From a virus (Duplodnaviria > Caudoviricetes): 64,000 bases of DNA. Every line of letters starts with the position of its first letter. Positions within the stretch are counted from its first letter, which is position 1. The notes beneath the pieces are model-generated. The model saw nothing but the letters and a program-made list of their open reading frames with translations. It was not told the DNA's origin and did no database searches. Location of the stretch: the IMG/VR virus record IMGVR_UViG_3300037067_009690, positions 1-64,000 of that record; one strand, 5' to 3'. This document shows, one piece after another, positions 10,301 to 19,914 of the stretch. A program made the position numbers and the translations under genes.

Positions 10301-10308
10301 CCGCCCGG

Positions 10309-11184
10309 TTATCCCGTCGCCCCAAGGCCCTGCGACCGGGCCCACCTGTCAAGCGCATCCCCCAGCCGATACAACGGCTGGCCCCGGTCATTCACCGCCG
10401 TCGCCGCGAAACCGCCCGATCCACCGCGATCCACCGCGCGCCGATCAGACGCCGCCCACCCGCGGACCATCGCCGCAGTGACCTGCCGGCCCTCCACCGA
10501 CATCGCCCGCCCGATCTCCGTCGCCGTCAGCTCCCGGTCCTCCGCCGTCCGCAGCAGCCACGTCCTCACCTCGGCGACATCCCACGGCACCCCACACGAC
10601 CGGCACTGCACCACACCAGCCCCCGGAAGAGCCCACAGCTCCACGCCACACGACCGGTCACCGCCCGGGCACACGCCAGCGAACACCAACTCCGGGGGCT
10701 GGTCGATGATCTGCTCAGCCCGCGCCACCGAGTCCATCACCTCCCGGTGGCAGTCCGGGCCCCACTCCCGCAGCCGCACGGAGTCGACATGCCCAGCGAG
10801 CCACACGACCGGGTCACCGTTGATTGCCACGCTGGACTCCTCCGCCAGGATCCGTGCCCACCCGTGGACCTGCGCGCGGAGCGCCCCGAGAGCCACCGAC
10901 GCGCCCTCGTGCATCGGGGACCTCGTGACCGCGGCGGTGAGCGGCAGGTGCCCGTCAGGGTCAACCAGCGCGGGGGCCGGCCGGTGCTCGATCCTGGCGA
11001 GCCGGGCGACCGTCCACTCCAGCTCGGTGAGGATCCCGGCGCACTCGACGCGGACCCCGCGGATGTCAGTGACCGTGCGAGACACGCACGCGAGGAGAGC
11101 CTGGCGCAAGCCGCATGTGCAGCCCCAGCAGAGGAAGGCGTCGGGGGTGGGCTGGCGACACGCCCCGCAGGTGGTGGCGGACAT
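10309..11184 (-). CDS. Zn-ribbon/HTH protein, putative late-gene regulator
   Basis: CGAC, CWGC, CPGG and CRSC pairs; C-terminal LTATEI...VRGWA...LYRLGD DNA-binding-like region. Confidence 0.6.
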   Translation of the reverse strand: MSATTCGACRQPTPDAFLCWGCTCGLRQALLACVSRTVTDIRGVRVECAGILTELEWTVARLARIEHRPAPALVDPDGHLPLTAAVTRSPMHEGASVALGALRAQVHGWARILAEESSVAINGDPVVWLAGHVDSVRLREWGPDCHREVMDSVARAEQIIDQPPELVFAGVCPGGDRSCGVELWALPGAGVVQCRSCGVPWDVAEVRTWLLRTAEDRELTATEIGRAMSVEGRQVTAAMVRGWAASDRRAVDRGGSGGFAATAVNDRGQPLYRLGDALDRWARSQGLGATG

Positions 11185-11342
11185 GGAGTGGCCTCTCGAC
11201 GTGGCATGATCTGGTCACGTCTCAGCGGCGATCACACGGCCCGGTCCCTCACTGCCAGCGGGGACCGGGCCCATCGCTACCCGCGGGCCGGTACTAGTCC
11301 ATTGTGAGGCACCGGGCACCGGGGGCTGTGCGCACCGCGCCG

Positions 11343-11537
11343 TCATCCGAATGAGGCCACCCTCCACGCCCATTGGATCGCGGCCATGCATAGCAGGCCC
11401 GTCACGACAACGAGCGTCGATAGCACGGTGATTAGGATGATTAACCCAACGGCATTGGTGAAGGCGTTGGTTTTCTTGTCGCCATCCTCGGTTTCCGCCA
11501 TGATGATCTCCTCGAATTGTCGGTCGACGTCATTCAC
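11343..11537 (-). CDS. Small membrane protein
   Basis: One long hydrophobic segment; GTG start overlaps the upstream stop. Confidence 0.5.
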   Translation of the reverse strand: MNDVDRQFEEIIMAETEDGDKKTNAFTNAVGLIILITVLSTLVVVTGLLCMAAIQWAWRVASFG

Positions 11538-12273
11538 TGGCCGCCGCCGCAGGGATGAACGGACGCTGCGGCCAGGCCGTACACACGCCGTCAGTGGGTT
11601 TACCGGTGCGCCGAAGGTACGCGGCGAAGTCCGTTTGCCGCTCCCGATGCCACCCGACCTGAGCCTCATGCAGCTCCGCGAGGGACATGCCCGCGACCTG
11701 CGGGTACCGCTGGGCTATGGCCCATGCGACCCTCCCGGCAGCCACGGCGTCTGCGGCGGCATTGTGCGCGTCACCCAAGGTCACCCGGTAGTGCTCGCAC
11801 ATCGCGGTCAGGGTCCGCTTCCCGCGCCGGTATTTGTCGACCTCCCGGTCAATCACATACGGGTCAATGACCGGACCAGCGACGGGGAACCCGCAGGACA
11901 CGTCATGCCTGCGGCATTCCCGGTCCAGGACCGTCAGATCATAGGCGGCGTTGAACGCGACAACCGGGACACCAGCGGACCATGCCCGACACAGCTCCTC
12001 AGCGATCTCCCGGACCGCGTCGACCGGGCTCATGCCGTCCTCGCGGGCCCTGTCTGTGGTGATGCCGTGCACCGCAGTGGCCTCCGCTGGGATGTCGACA
12101 CCGGGGTCGACGAGCCACTCATGGACCGTGGTGTCCATGCCACCGCCTATTAGAGCGACGCACGCGGTGACGATCCTGGCCTCCTCGGGGTCCGCCGCTG
12201 TGGTCTCCAGGTCGAAGACACACATGCGCCCGGGATTCCAGGGGAGTGCAGCCACCGGATTTTCGCTGGTCAT
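11530..12273 (-). CDS. DEDDh 3'-5' exonuclease (DnaQ/epsilon-like)
   Basis: FDLETT, AFNAAYD, VIDPY, HNAAADA motifs. Confidence 0.9.
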   Translation of the reverse strand: MTSENPVAALPWNPGRMCVFDLETTAADPEEARIVTACVALIGGGMDTTVHEWLVDPGVDIPAEATAVHGITTDRAREDGMSPVDAVREIAEELCRAWSAGVPVVAFNAAYDLTVLDRECRRHDVSCGFPVAGPVIDPYVIDREVDKYRRGKRTLTAMCEHYRVTLGDAHNAAADAVAAGRVAWAIAQRYPQVAGMSLAELHEAQVGWHRERQTDFAAYLRRTGKPTDGVCTAWPQRPFIPAAAASE

Positions 12274-12412
12274 CAGAATGGAACCTCACTTCTCGTCATG
12301 TGGCACGCCGCGCAGTAGCAGGTGGTCCCGTAGGGGATTGGTGTCTCGCACTCGTCGCAGGTGGTGGCGGTGTCCTCGGAGGGTTCCGGGCGGAGAACGG
12401 CGCGACGCACCG

Positions 12413-13072
12413 TCATTGGTCGCCTCCCACGCCCCTGGTGGCGGCCCACTCGGCGAGGTCCATGCGCGCGGCAGGGCTGGCCATGCAGTCCCGGCCGTGC
12501 CTGCGTCGCATGCTGGCGATGGCGTCGGCGGGGACACCGGACGCCATGTGGCCGGGTGCGATCTCGGCGTCGAAGAATTTACCGGCCAACATTAGAAGCA
12601 CGCTCTGACTCTCCTCTGGCCGCCACAGATAGCATTCATCGCCACTATCCCACCAGTATTCGATGCGGAACGGAGAGCGGTCGACGGTGAAGCCTTCGTC
12701 GCCGTATTCGAGGAACACATCCGCGGTGTCATTGCTGGTCAGAAATAAGCGCACGTTGCATTCCTCGTGCTCCCCACCGCCCATCAGCCGACACTGCGGG
12801 ATGTCACCGGCTGGCATGTCGGCCCCGTCGAACGGGCACTCGACGGCGAGTTCCACGGCCTCGCGGCGGATGGTGACCCGGATGGTGTGCCCGTCACGGT
12901 GCACCACAGGGACTGGGGTGTCGGTGCCGTCCGGGCGATGCTCGGCGCACAGTCCACCAGTGACGTAGAGGGTCAGCTCGGCGCAGGCACAGCAGTGGCC
13001 AGGGATTGTCGCGTCGTCGCGATGCTCGTGGCACGTCGGACAGCCACCGGCGTAGGTCTCGGTCACCCGCAT
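12413..13072 (-). CDS. Hypothetical protein, Cys-rich N-terminus
   Basis: RBS AAGGGAGG before the ATG; operonic packing. Confidence 0.5.
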   Translation of the reverse strand: MRVTETYAGGCPTCHEHRDDATIPGHCCACAELTLYVTGGLCAEHRPDGTDTPVPVVHRDGHTIRVTIRREAVELAVECPFDGADMPAGDIPQCRLMGGGEHEECNVRLFLTSNDTADVFLEYGDEGFTVDRSPFRIEYWWDSGDECYLWRPEESQSVLLMLAGKFFDAEIAPGHMASGVPADAIASMRRRHGRDCMASPAARMDLAEWAATRGVGGDQ

Positions 13073-13506
13073 CCTCCCTTGCCCATGGCGGCGGAGCGTT
13101 CGGCGGCCCGGGCGTCCCGCTCCGACTTCGGGGCCGGATGCTCGATTTCCTCGACCCATGGGTTGTCACCCCATGTGATACCCGGTGCGCAGTGTTGACG
13201 GACGCTGCTCATGGGGCTGTCGACATGGTTCTCACCGCGGATGCAGCGGATGGGGTCACTGGTCTCGCGCTTGCCGCGGCCGGTGGACTGGCATTGCGGC
13301 TCGTGCGGGTTGTGCCATTCACCCTCGTCTGGCCAGTCGCGGAACTCCATGACCTCAGGGGGGATAGGCCAGCTCGCACGGCACTCATCGCACCGGTACC
13401 CGTTGCTGGACTCCCAGACATCCCCGCCGCAGATCGAGCACAGGGGTGGCCGAAAGATCAGCGGCGGTGGGTCGTCGCGCAGGCCGGTAGCGTCAGTGTC
13501 GGTCAC
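13063..13506 (-). CDS. Hypothetical Zn-finger protein
   Basis: CSICG...CDEC; GTGA overlap. Confidence 0.5.
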   Translation of the reverse strand: MTDTDATGLRDDPPPLIFRPPLCSICGGDVWESSNGYRCDECRASWPIPPEVMEFRDWPDEGEWHNPHEPQCQSTGRGKRETSDPIRCIRGENHVDSPMSSVRQHCAPGITWGDNPWVEEIEHPAPKSERDARAAERSAAMGKGGCG

Positions 13507-13862
13507 TGGTTGATCACCTTTCTGGCGATCGCCGTCGAGTAGTTGGTTAGTGACCCGAGCTTCCACGTTCCGTCCGGGTTGACCCAGCCGAGGCCCTCAG
13601 CCTCATACGAGAACGCGTGCAGCCATGCGGCAAGGTGCGGGACGATGCCTTTCTCTGCTGGCGGCTTGGATGCCCGACACCGGCACACTAGGTCTTCCCC
13701 TTCGGGGCCGTCGGTGAGCGTGTACCAGCATCCGCCTTCACTGTGCATGCTCAGGGTGTGGTCGCAGTTCACGCACCGATACATGACGCCGTCGTTGAGC
13801 CGCTCGGCGGCGGCCCGCAGCAGCGCGGGTCCAGTCAGGTCAGTCACTGCGCGGCCTTCCAT
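13503..13862 (-). CDS. Hypothetical protein
   Basis: CVNCDHTLSMH motif; operonic. Confidence 0.45.
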   Translation of the reverse strand: MEGRAVTDLTGPALLRAAAERLNDGVMYRCVNCDHTLSMHSEGGCWYTLTDGPEGEDLVCRCRASKPPAEKGIVPHLAAWLHAFSYEAEGLGWVNPDGTWKLGSLTNYSTAIARKVINQ

Positions 13863-14173
13863 AGGTTTTCCTTGGCGCAGTCCAGTAGGAATCGGTCGGT
13901 CAATGTGGACCACCTCGGGTCATGGTCGGCCTCAGTGAGTCCAGTGGCATGGTCACCCGGTGTGCCGTGCCACGGCGCGGGGGACGCCCACAGCGGGGCG
14001 TCCAGCCGGTGGCGGTCGAGGACCGTGTGCCGCCACAGGCTGAGGTTCAGCCACATCGCCGCCCGGTACGCGGCCTCCCTCGACGCGCACGGCGTCAGGT
14101 CATCCGCGCCAGCCAGGTGCACGCACCACAGACCATCGCCGGTGACATCCGGGGTGCCGTCCTGGTCAGGCAT
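13844..14173 (-). CDS. Hypothetical protein
   Basis: RBS GGAGA before the ATG; LWCVHLAGADD motif. Confidence 0.5.
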   Translation of the reverse strand: MPDQDGTPDVTGDGLWCVHLAGADDLTPCASREAAYRAAMWLNLSLWRHTVLDRHRLDAPLWASPAPWHGTPGDHATGLTEADHDPRWSTLTDRFLLDCAKENLWKAAQ

Positions 14174-14402
14174 CGCGTGTCTCCTTGGGGAATCTGTCTG
14201 CGATGTCCTGCGCTGTCGCCACACACGCCGGGCACCGGTCCTCGTGTGTGTGAGATCCATACGCCCACCCTGCGGCCCGGATGTCGGATGGGGTGCGACG
14301 CTCCTCGGTCGGGGGCATCACCGACCCGCACCCGCGGGTGCCGCACCGCATCTGCCACCGGTGGTCCGTGCTGCTAATCCACTCCTGGGTCACTGTCCCC
14401 AC
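14166..14402 (-). CDS. Hypothetical Zn-ribbon protein
   Basis: CGTRGC and CPAC; RBS AGGAG. Confidence 0.5.
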   Translation of the reverse strand: MGTVTQEWISSTDHRWQMRCGTRGCGSVMPPTEERRTPSDIRAAGWAYGSHTHEDRCPACVATAQDIADRFPKETRDA

Positions 14403-14670
14403 TCCTCTCGCCCGGGGTGTGGCTGATCTTCATCCACCGGATGCCTCCTGTTCGAGTTGCCGGTTCATTTCGGCGACGGCCCGGACGGCGTCGTCGTCGG
14501 ACAGCAGCCACTCGGCTACCAGGGCATCCAGGTATTCGACGACCGCGGTCTGGTCCTCGATGCTGACGCGGAGAACGTTCCGGCACCGGGTGAACGGGAT
14601 ACCGGGGTCGAGCATTTCCTCTGCGGCTTCGGCCTGCGCGGCCCACCTGAACACCAGCCGCACCATGCCG

Positions 14671-14874
14671 TCACCCACGGGTCTCCTCGATGGTGTCGGA
14701 GCCGATCCCGTCGAGGGAGGCCTCCGCGGTGACCGGAGTCCCGGCCCCATGGACGGTGTGGAGGAAGTCCTCGGCGAGCTGCCACGACTGGTCCTCGGCC
14801 GCTTCCTCGTCTGCCGCGTCCAGGTCGACGGTCATGTGGATGGTGGTCGCGTATGTCACCCGGTACCTGGGCAT
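14671..14874 (-). CDS. Hypothetical protein
   Basis: RBS GAGGAGG; MPRYRVTY...DEEAAED. Confidence 0.55.
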   Translation of the reverse strand: MPRYRVTYATTIHMTVDLDAADEEAAEDQSWQLAEDFLHTVHGAGTPVTAEASLDGIGSDTIEETRG

Positions 14875-14989
14875 GGTTCCTCCTCGTATCTGGTGGCTGC
14901 CTTGTGGCAGCGCTGCTTGTGCTGGTCGTCCGCGGCCCTGCCGCAGTGGGCGCACGACCCGTCCCCGGCAGGGCAACCACAGGAGTCGG

Positions 14990-15310
14990 TCACGTCGGCC
15001 CCTGGGTGTATCGCTTCTCGGCCTCGGCGCGCACGAGGCTCGGGTACTTGTGGACCGGGCAGGAGTCGTCGGCCCACAGTGCGCCATCGATGAACGCGTC
15101 CCGCCGGTCCTCCGCGAGAGTGGAGGGCCGGTCCTGGCTGTGGTCGTCGTCGGCCTGGTCGAGGGCTGCCTCGATGTCGCTGATCAAGTCCCTGAGGACA
15201 CGGCGGTCCGTGCGGGTCATGCCGGCGACCATGGCGTCCAGCTCCGCGGTGTCGTCGAACGCTGCCTTGATGACGTCCCCGTAGTCCCCGGGAGCCCGGT
15301 ACTTGGCCAC
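14990..15310 (-). CDS. Hypothetical protein
   Basis: RBS GGAAGGA; acidic helical protein. Confidence 0.5.
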   Translation of the reverse strand: MAKYRAPGDYGDVIKAAFDDTAELDAMVAGMTRTDRRVLRDLISDIEAALDQADDDHSQDRPSTLAEDRRDAFIDGALWADDSCPVHKYPSLVRAEAEKRYTQGPT

Positions 15311-15346
15311 GGTCGTTCCTTCCTGTCGGCCCGCGCGGGGGCGGGG

Positions 15347-15646
15347 TTACTTGGTTGCGATGTCGTGTCCGCAGGCGACCCACGTGATGCGGTCGGCGGT
15401 GATGGTGGCCCGGTCGGTGTCGTCCTCGTCGGTGGCGGCGCACTGGGTGATGGTCACGTCGCCGGTGCCGCGGGCGACGGGCGTGACCCGCCAGATCCCG
15501 TCGGTGTCGTAGACGACCCGGAGGGCTGTCCCGTCAGAGCATGTGACCAACGCGGGGTCGTCGCCGTAGTGGCTGAACTCGTCGCGGATCGCGCCTTCGA
15601 CCTCGATCAGGTCGTCGCTCGCGCCGTAGATCGTGACCGTGTCCAT
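15347..15646 (-). CDS. Conserved phage hypothetical protein
   Basis: IYGASDDLIEVEGAIRDEF motif; RBS AGGAG. Confidence 0.65.
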   Translation of the reverse strand: MDTVTIYGASDDLIEVEGAIRDEFSHYGDDPALVTCSDGTALRVVYDTDGIWRVTPVARGTGDVTITQCAATDEDDTDRATITADRITWVACGHDIATK

Positions 15647-15669
15647 GAAGGGCTCCTGTCAGTTGCTGG

Positions 15670-15873
15670 TCAGCTGGGGATGATCTCGATCGGCTTGCCC
15701 TTTTCGTTGACAAGGCCGGCCTTCCCGGTGGCGATGAGTGCCGCGACGCGCAGCCCGTGCCGAATGGCGGTCGACTTGGAGACCCGGAAGGTGTCTTGGA
15801 TCGCGTCGAGGTGCTCTACGTCCTGATCGTTCAGGTTCAGGTGAGCTCGCGTGTAGTTGGTCATGGCTGGCAA
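15670..15873 (-). CDS. Ribbon-helix-helix regulator
   Basis: RAHLNL...HLDAIQ...SKSTAIRHGL; RBS AAAGGAGG. Confidence 0.65.
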   Translation of the reverse strand: MPAMTNYTRAHLNLNDQDVEHLDAIQDTFRVSKSTAIRHGLRVAALIATGKAGLVNEKGKPIEIIPS

Positions 15874-15983
15874 CTTACCTCCTTTCGATGTGCATCACTA
15901 TAGCATGACGTACGCGTCGGTTGTGCATGGCGCGTGCATCGATGGTGTAGGATGTTGAACGCCGGGGAGAGAGGAGGAAGCGC

Positions 15984-16392
15984 GTGGGGGCCGGGAACGC
16001 ACAGCGCGTACTCCTGTCCTGGCAACACCTCGACGGCGCCCCAATCCGGGCACTGCTCCAAATGTCACTGACCATCCTCGATGCCGACGAGGCGCCTCGA
16101 TGGTGGGGAGGAAGGGAACCACTCGCTGGGGCCATCGGGCACCGGTACCCATCAGAGACCGACACGTCAGAGGAGGCAGACAGAGTGCGCAGGAACGCGA
16201 ATCGAGCGGTTGACCGGGCACTCAAGGCGCTCCGCGATGCCGGTGCGATCACCACCGCTGTGCGCCCTCGCGGCGGTCGCAGGGCCGAGTACGCCATCCA
16301 CTTCGACGGCCCATCGCACGACGGCGAGCGTCGCGTGACACGCGACGCTGAGCGTCGCCCACAGGGCGACGGTGAACATCGCGCGATGGGCG
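15984..16392 (+). pseudogene. 5' half of a winged-HTH (replication-initiator-like) gene interrupted by the recombinase element
   Basis: AVDRALKALRDAGAITT wHTH-like segment followed by 8-aa DxExR repeats; in-frame continuation at 19661-19914. Confidence 0.55.
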
Positions 16393-16424
16393 ACGTACTG
16401 GGAAGATCGCCTATTCGAGTGTCG

Positions 16425-17957
16425 TCAGTGCTCGTGTGGGGTCCAGCCGGATGGTGACCGTAGGCGGTGGTCTCCGGGGGCGTAGCGGCTCCAGGTGCCG
16501 CCGGCCTGGGTGGTGAGTCTGGTGGTGGTGGCCTGGTGGTAGCCCAGGGCGTCGGCGACGACGGGGGCGGGCATCTGAAGGACGTGCTGGCGGAGGGCGG
16601 CGGTCCGGGCGGCGACGGTGGGGACGCCGAGATCGTGGACCAGGGCTGCCAGGGCGTTGGGGGTCATCGGTTGTCCGGCGCGGCGTCCGGGGAACAGCCA
16701 ACGTGAGTCGTGGTTGGTCGCGGTGTTCGTGTTGCTGCGGTGAGAGGTCCACTCCAGCAGCAGATCGGCGACCTCGGTGGGGACCGGGGACGGCGGTTGT
16801 CCCAGTCGCAGGAGCACCTGGTCACCGTCGCAGGTGACGTCGTCGATGCTCAGGCGGACGATCCGGCTGACGGGCTGGGCGTAGAGCAGGACGATGGCGG
16901 CTGCGACCCGGGATCGCAGCGGCAGGTCGCGGCCGGTCAGGATGCGCCCGAGTAGCTCCACCTGTTGGTGGGGTGGCAGCGGTGCCGCCTGGCGGGTCGC
17001 TGCGGTGGGCAGCCGGAACCGGCGGGTCAGCTTGCCGGTCATGCACCACAGCAGGAAGGCCCTGACCGCGTGGCGGGCGTACTCGTGGTGCTCGACGTGC
17101 CAGGCGTCAATGTCGCCTTGGCGGCAGGTGGCCAGGGTCAGGTCGTGCTCGTCGAGCCAGTGCAGGAAGCTGGTGGCGTGTTTGACCTGGTCCCCGGCGT
17201 AGCTGCGGGCTGAGGGTTTGAGCGGTTTGGTCTCGGCGCCGGCGCGCAGCCGGGGCAGGACCTGCCAGGTCGCGAAGCGCCGGATCACCTGGACGTGCTG
17301 TGGGTCGGCGATGCCGGCGAGGTGGCCGACCAGCCATCGTTCGAACGAGCAGATCTGCTTGTCCAGGGCGGGCAGCACACCGCAGGTCATCAGCAGTTCT
17401 CGCAGGTGGGCGGCGGCCCGCCACGGCTGCAGGGTGTGGAACGCCTCGTGGGTCAGCTCGATGTCACCGTGGCCCAGGCGCCGCAGCAGATCGCCGGCGC
17501 CGGCGGTGCGGGCCTTGCGCTCATCCAGCCAGGACAGGCCGGACCGGGGGTTGTCCATCGTGAGCAGGAGCTCGGCCAGTGGGACCAGCTCGGGGCGGAT
17601 CCGCCTGGTGCCGTCGTCCAGGAGATCGGCGAGCCGATCAGCGAGGGTGCATCGGGTGCACAGCCGGCCGGCGAGCAGCGTGTCCTCGTAACCGCAGCGT
17701 GCGCAGGCGAAGGACTGGGAGAACCCGGCACAGGTGGTGCAGATCGCGGCGCCGTCGTCCGGGCGCCGGCCCGGCAGCGCCCGCTCGGCACCGCAGCCAG
17801 GGCACAGTCCCCGGGTCCGCACCGCACGGTCCAGGCAGGTCCGGCAGACGCGGCCGTCTGGCCAGCTGCCGGCCGTGTTCCGGTGCCGCCCGCACCGGGC
17901 GCAGTCGACCATGAACCAGCGTTCGTACTGCTCGTCGGTCGCATAGGGGCGGCTCAT
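16425..17957 (-). CDS. Zn-finger-rich protein with degenerate tyrosine-recombinase-like C-terminus
   Basis: Six CxxC pairs at the N-terminus; C-terminal RWLFPGRRAGQPM...ARTAAL...VADALGY lacks a clear catalytic set. Confidence 0.75.
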   Translation of the reverse strand: MSRPYATDEQYERWFMVDCARCGRHRNTAGSWPDGRVCRTCLDRAVRTRGLCPGCGAERALPGRRPDDGAAICTTCAGFSQSFACARCGYEDTLLAGRLCTRCTLADRLADLLDDGTRRIRPELVPLAELLLTMDNPRSGLSWLDERKARTAGAGDLLRRLGHGDIELTHEAFHTLQPWRAAAHLRELLMTCGVLPALDKQICSFERWLVGHLAGIADPQHVQVIRRFATWQVLPRLRAGAETKPLKPSARSYAGDQVKHATSFLHWLDEHDLTLATCRQGDIDAWHVEHHEYARHAVRAFLLWCMTGKLTRRFRLPTAATRQAAPLPPHQQVELLGRILTGRDLPLRSRVAAAIVLLYAQPVSRIVRLSIDDVTCDGDQVLLRLGQPPSPVPTEVADLLLEWTSHRSNTNTATNHDSRWLFPGRRAGQPMTPNALAALVHDLGVPTVAARTAALRQHVLQMPAPVVADALGYHQATTTRLTTQAGGTWSRYAPGDHRLRSPSGWTPHEH

Positions 17958-18292
17958 GACCCGGGCAGGATCCGCGCCGGGCGAGGCCGCAGCTTCTGCG
18001 CGGCCGGGGCCAGCGGAGCCGGCAGGTCACCGGTGGCGGTCTTGCGGACGCCGGCGTTGGCGGCGGTGGTGGACACCAGGTCGCCCGGGGTGCAGGACAG
18101 GATGTCGCACAACGCGGCCAGCACCTGCAGCGACAACCGCTCGGGGGTGCCGGAGACCAGCCGGTGGACCTGGGAGGCGGACAGGTCGATGCCACGCTCG
18201 CGCAGCAGCGGCACCAGATCGGTGGCGGTATAGACCCGCTGAGCGGCCATCATCTCCCGCAACCGCCACGTGTAACCCACCTTGCGCTTCAC
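17954..18292 (-). CDS. XRE/Cro-C1 HTH regulator (HTH_26-like)
   Basis: WRLREMMAAQ...LSASQVHRLVSG...LAALCDILSCTPGDL; GTGA and ATGA overlaps. Confidence 0.85.
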   Translation of the reverse strand: MKRKVGYTWRLREMMAAQRVYTATDLVPLLRERGIDLSASQVHRLVSGTPERLSLQVLAALCDILSCTPGDLVSTTAANAGVRKTATGDLPAPLAPAAQKLRPRPARILPGS

Positions 18293-19413
18293 GCCCCACC
18301 ACCGTTGTGGGATCCCAGGGCCGCAGCGACGGTGGCGTCCAGGTGCCGACGCAGAGTCCGGGTACGAAAGTCCGACGACACACATGTGTAGATCGAGGTA
18401 GTGGAGGCGTGATCGTGCCCGACCTGTTCCTGGACGAACCGCGGGTCCCAGCCGTCCTCGATCAGGTGCGTGACGTACGACCTGCGTAGCGAGTGGAAGT
18501 CCAGACCCTCGTCCAGACCCAGCGCCTGCCGGTAGGCCAGGAACCGGGAGTCCAGCCGCTGGCACCCGATCCGCAGCCCACGCTCCGACGGCCAGGCCGC
18601 CGGGTTGGCATCGACGCCGAACAAGGGACGGACCTCGCCGAACCACTCCGCCAGGACGTCCGCGGTCCAGTCCCACACGGTCAGCACGCTGCGATGTTTG
18701 GGTGGCGAACCCTTCTTCGCCTTGCCGAAACGGACCTGGCACCGGCCCCACTCGCCGAACTCGGGACCGTAGGGGTTGCAGCCGAAGTCGGCAGCGTCCA
18801 GCATCCGCGTCTCGTTGCGCCGCAACCCGAACGCGTAGGCGGTCTTGAACAAGGTCGCGTCCCGGAACGCCGGCAGCCACCCCTTGCGGCCGAAGGCCCG
18901 GATCCGGGCCACCTCGTCGTCGCAGTGCTCGAAGAAGGCATGCAGCTCAGCCTTGGTGAACGCCCGCTTCCTCGGGTCCGCCTCGTTGTCCTGCACGTGC
19001 ACCGCGGTGTTCCACTCGTGCACGACCTGCACCGGGTGGGTGCCGAACCGCTCCTGGCAGGTCGCCGCCCACTCATACACCGGATCGGTGACGAAACCGC
19101 AGAACGCGCCGATGGTCGCGCCGTACGAGCGGATCGTCGATCTCTTCAGGTCCCGCAACGATCGCAGGTCGCCCAGCCACTCGTCCACCATCCCCGGCGT
19201 CCACTGCCACGGGAACGCGTCCGCGTGTGCGGCGAACGCCTTCACCGTCCTCTCCCGCCCCTCCACCGTGGTCCGAGCCAGATTCCGCGCCAGCTGCTGG
19301 TTCGCGAACCCCGTCAACATCGCCGCGAACACCTGCTCCTCCGGACGCAGCAGCGCCACCCCGTCGACCACGAGCAGCTTCGCCGCCCCCGGCACCGACC
19401 CACTCGACACCAC
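18289..19413 (-). CDS. Tyrosine recombinase/integrase
   Basis: Catalytic R (GLRRNE), HxxR (HSLRR), GH and Y (TSIYT) present. Confidence 0.92.
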   Translation of the reverse strand: MVSSGSVPGAAKLLVVDGVALLRPEEQVFAAMLTGFANQQLARNLARTTVEGRERTVKAFAAHADAFPWQWTPGMVDEWLGDLRSLRDLKRSTIRSYGATIGAFCGFVTDPVYEWAATCQERFGTHPVQVVHEWNTAVHVQDNEADPRKRAFTKAELHAFFEHCDDEVARIRAFGRKGWLPAFRDATLFKTAYAFGLRRNETRMLDAADFGCNPYGPEFGEWGRCQVRFGKAKKGSPPKHRSVLTVWDWTADVLAEWFGEVRPLFGVDANPAAWPSERGLRIGCQRLDSRFLAYRQALGLDEGLDFHSLRRSYVTHLIEDGWDPRFVQEQVGHDHASTTSIYTCVSSDFRTRTLRRHLDATVAAALGSHNGGGA

Positions 19414-19660
19414 TGCACGTCACCTCTAGTCGCTCTCCGCTACTCGCATTGGGCGCGAAGATATCGCATCCAATGCGAGTCGGCCGACAACCCCCAGATC
19501 AGCGACCACGCCAAGGTCCAACGATTCGCGTTCACACCCGACCGGCCGCTTCTCTCACGGACGGACCGGCCACCCAACATCCCTGGTCAGGGGCATGATC
19601 CCCAACCCTCCGCTCAGCGCTTCGCCAACCATCACCTATTCGCATCCGATGCAATTGGCG

Positions 19661-19914
19661 GCAGAAGTGACCGTGGTCCCAAAGAGGACGCTAAGAGGAC
19701 TGAGGAACACCAGAGGAAAAAATCACCTCAGGTGACCAACTCACCTGCGTCTGTGGACAACCGCCCGACACCCCGATCCATCCCTGCCACACCAGGCCCA
19801 TGCATCAACGGCCACCGCCAGATCGGCCGACGCATCGTCGAATGCGAGGACTGCCTAGGCCGTGGATGCGACGCGATATACACGAGAGAGGAACACGACC
19901 GTGACCAGCCGTGA
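19661..19914 (+). pseudogene. 3' half of the interrupted HTH gene
   Basis: RSDRGPKEDAKRTEEHQRKKSPQVTNSPASVDNR...CEDC, in frame with 15984 after element removal. Confidence 0.5.

Larger units (their letters stand above)
16393..19660 (-). mobile_element. Three-gene tyrosine-recombinase element (YR + XRE-HTH + Zn-rich degenerate YR)
   Basis: Three coupled genes oriented opposite to the flanking gene; GGCG at both junctions (16389-16392 and 19657-19660); removal restores the frame. Confidence 0.7.

Noticed and set aside
8529-10481. 650-aa plus-strand ORF
   Set aside because: Alternate frame over tnpB; Pro/Arg-rich artefact of high GC.
18289-19413. Treating this recombinase as the prophage integrase
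   Set aside because: It belongs to a three-gene cassette inserted mid-gene; no att or host junction is visible in the window.
16406-19642. 12-bp near-direct repeat ATC(G/A)CCTATTCG as the att core of the recombinase element
   Set aside because: Recombination here gives an early stop in the split gene, whereas the GGCG junction restores the frame; more likely an internal binding site.
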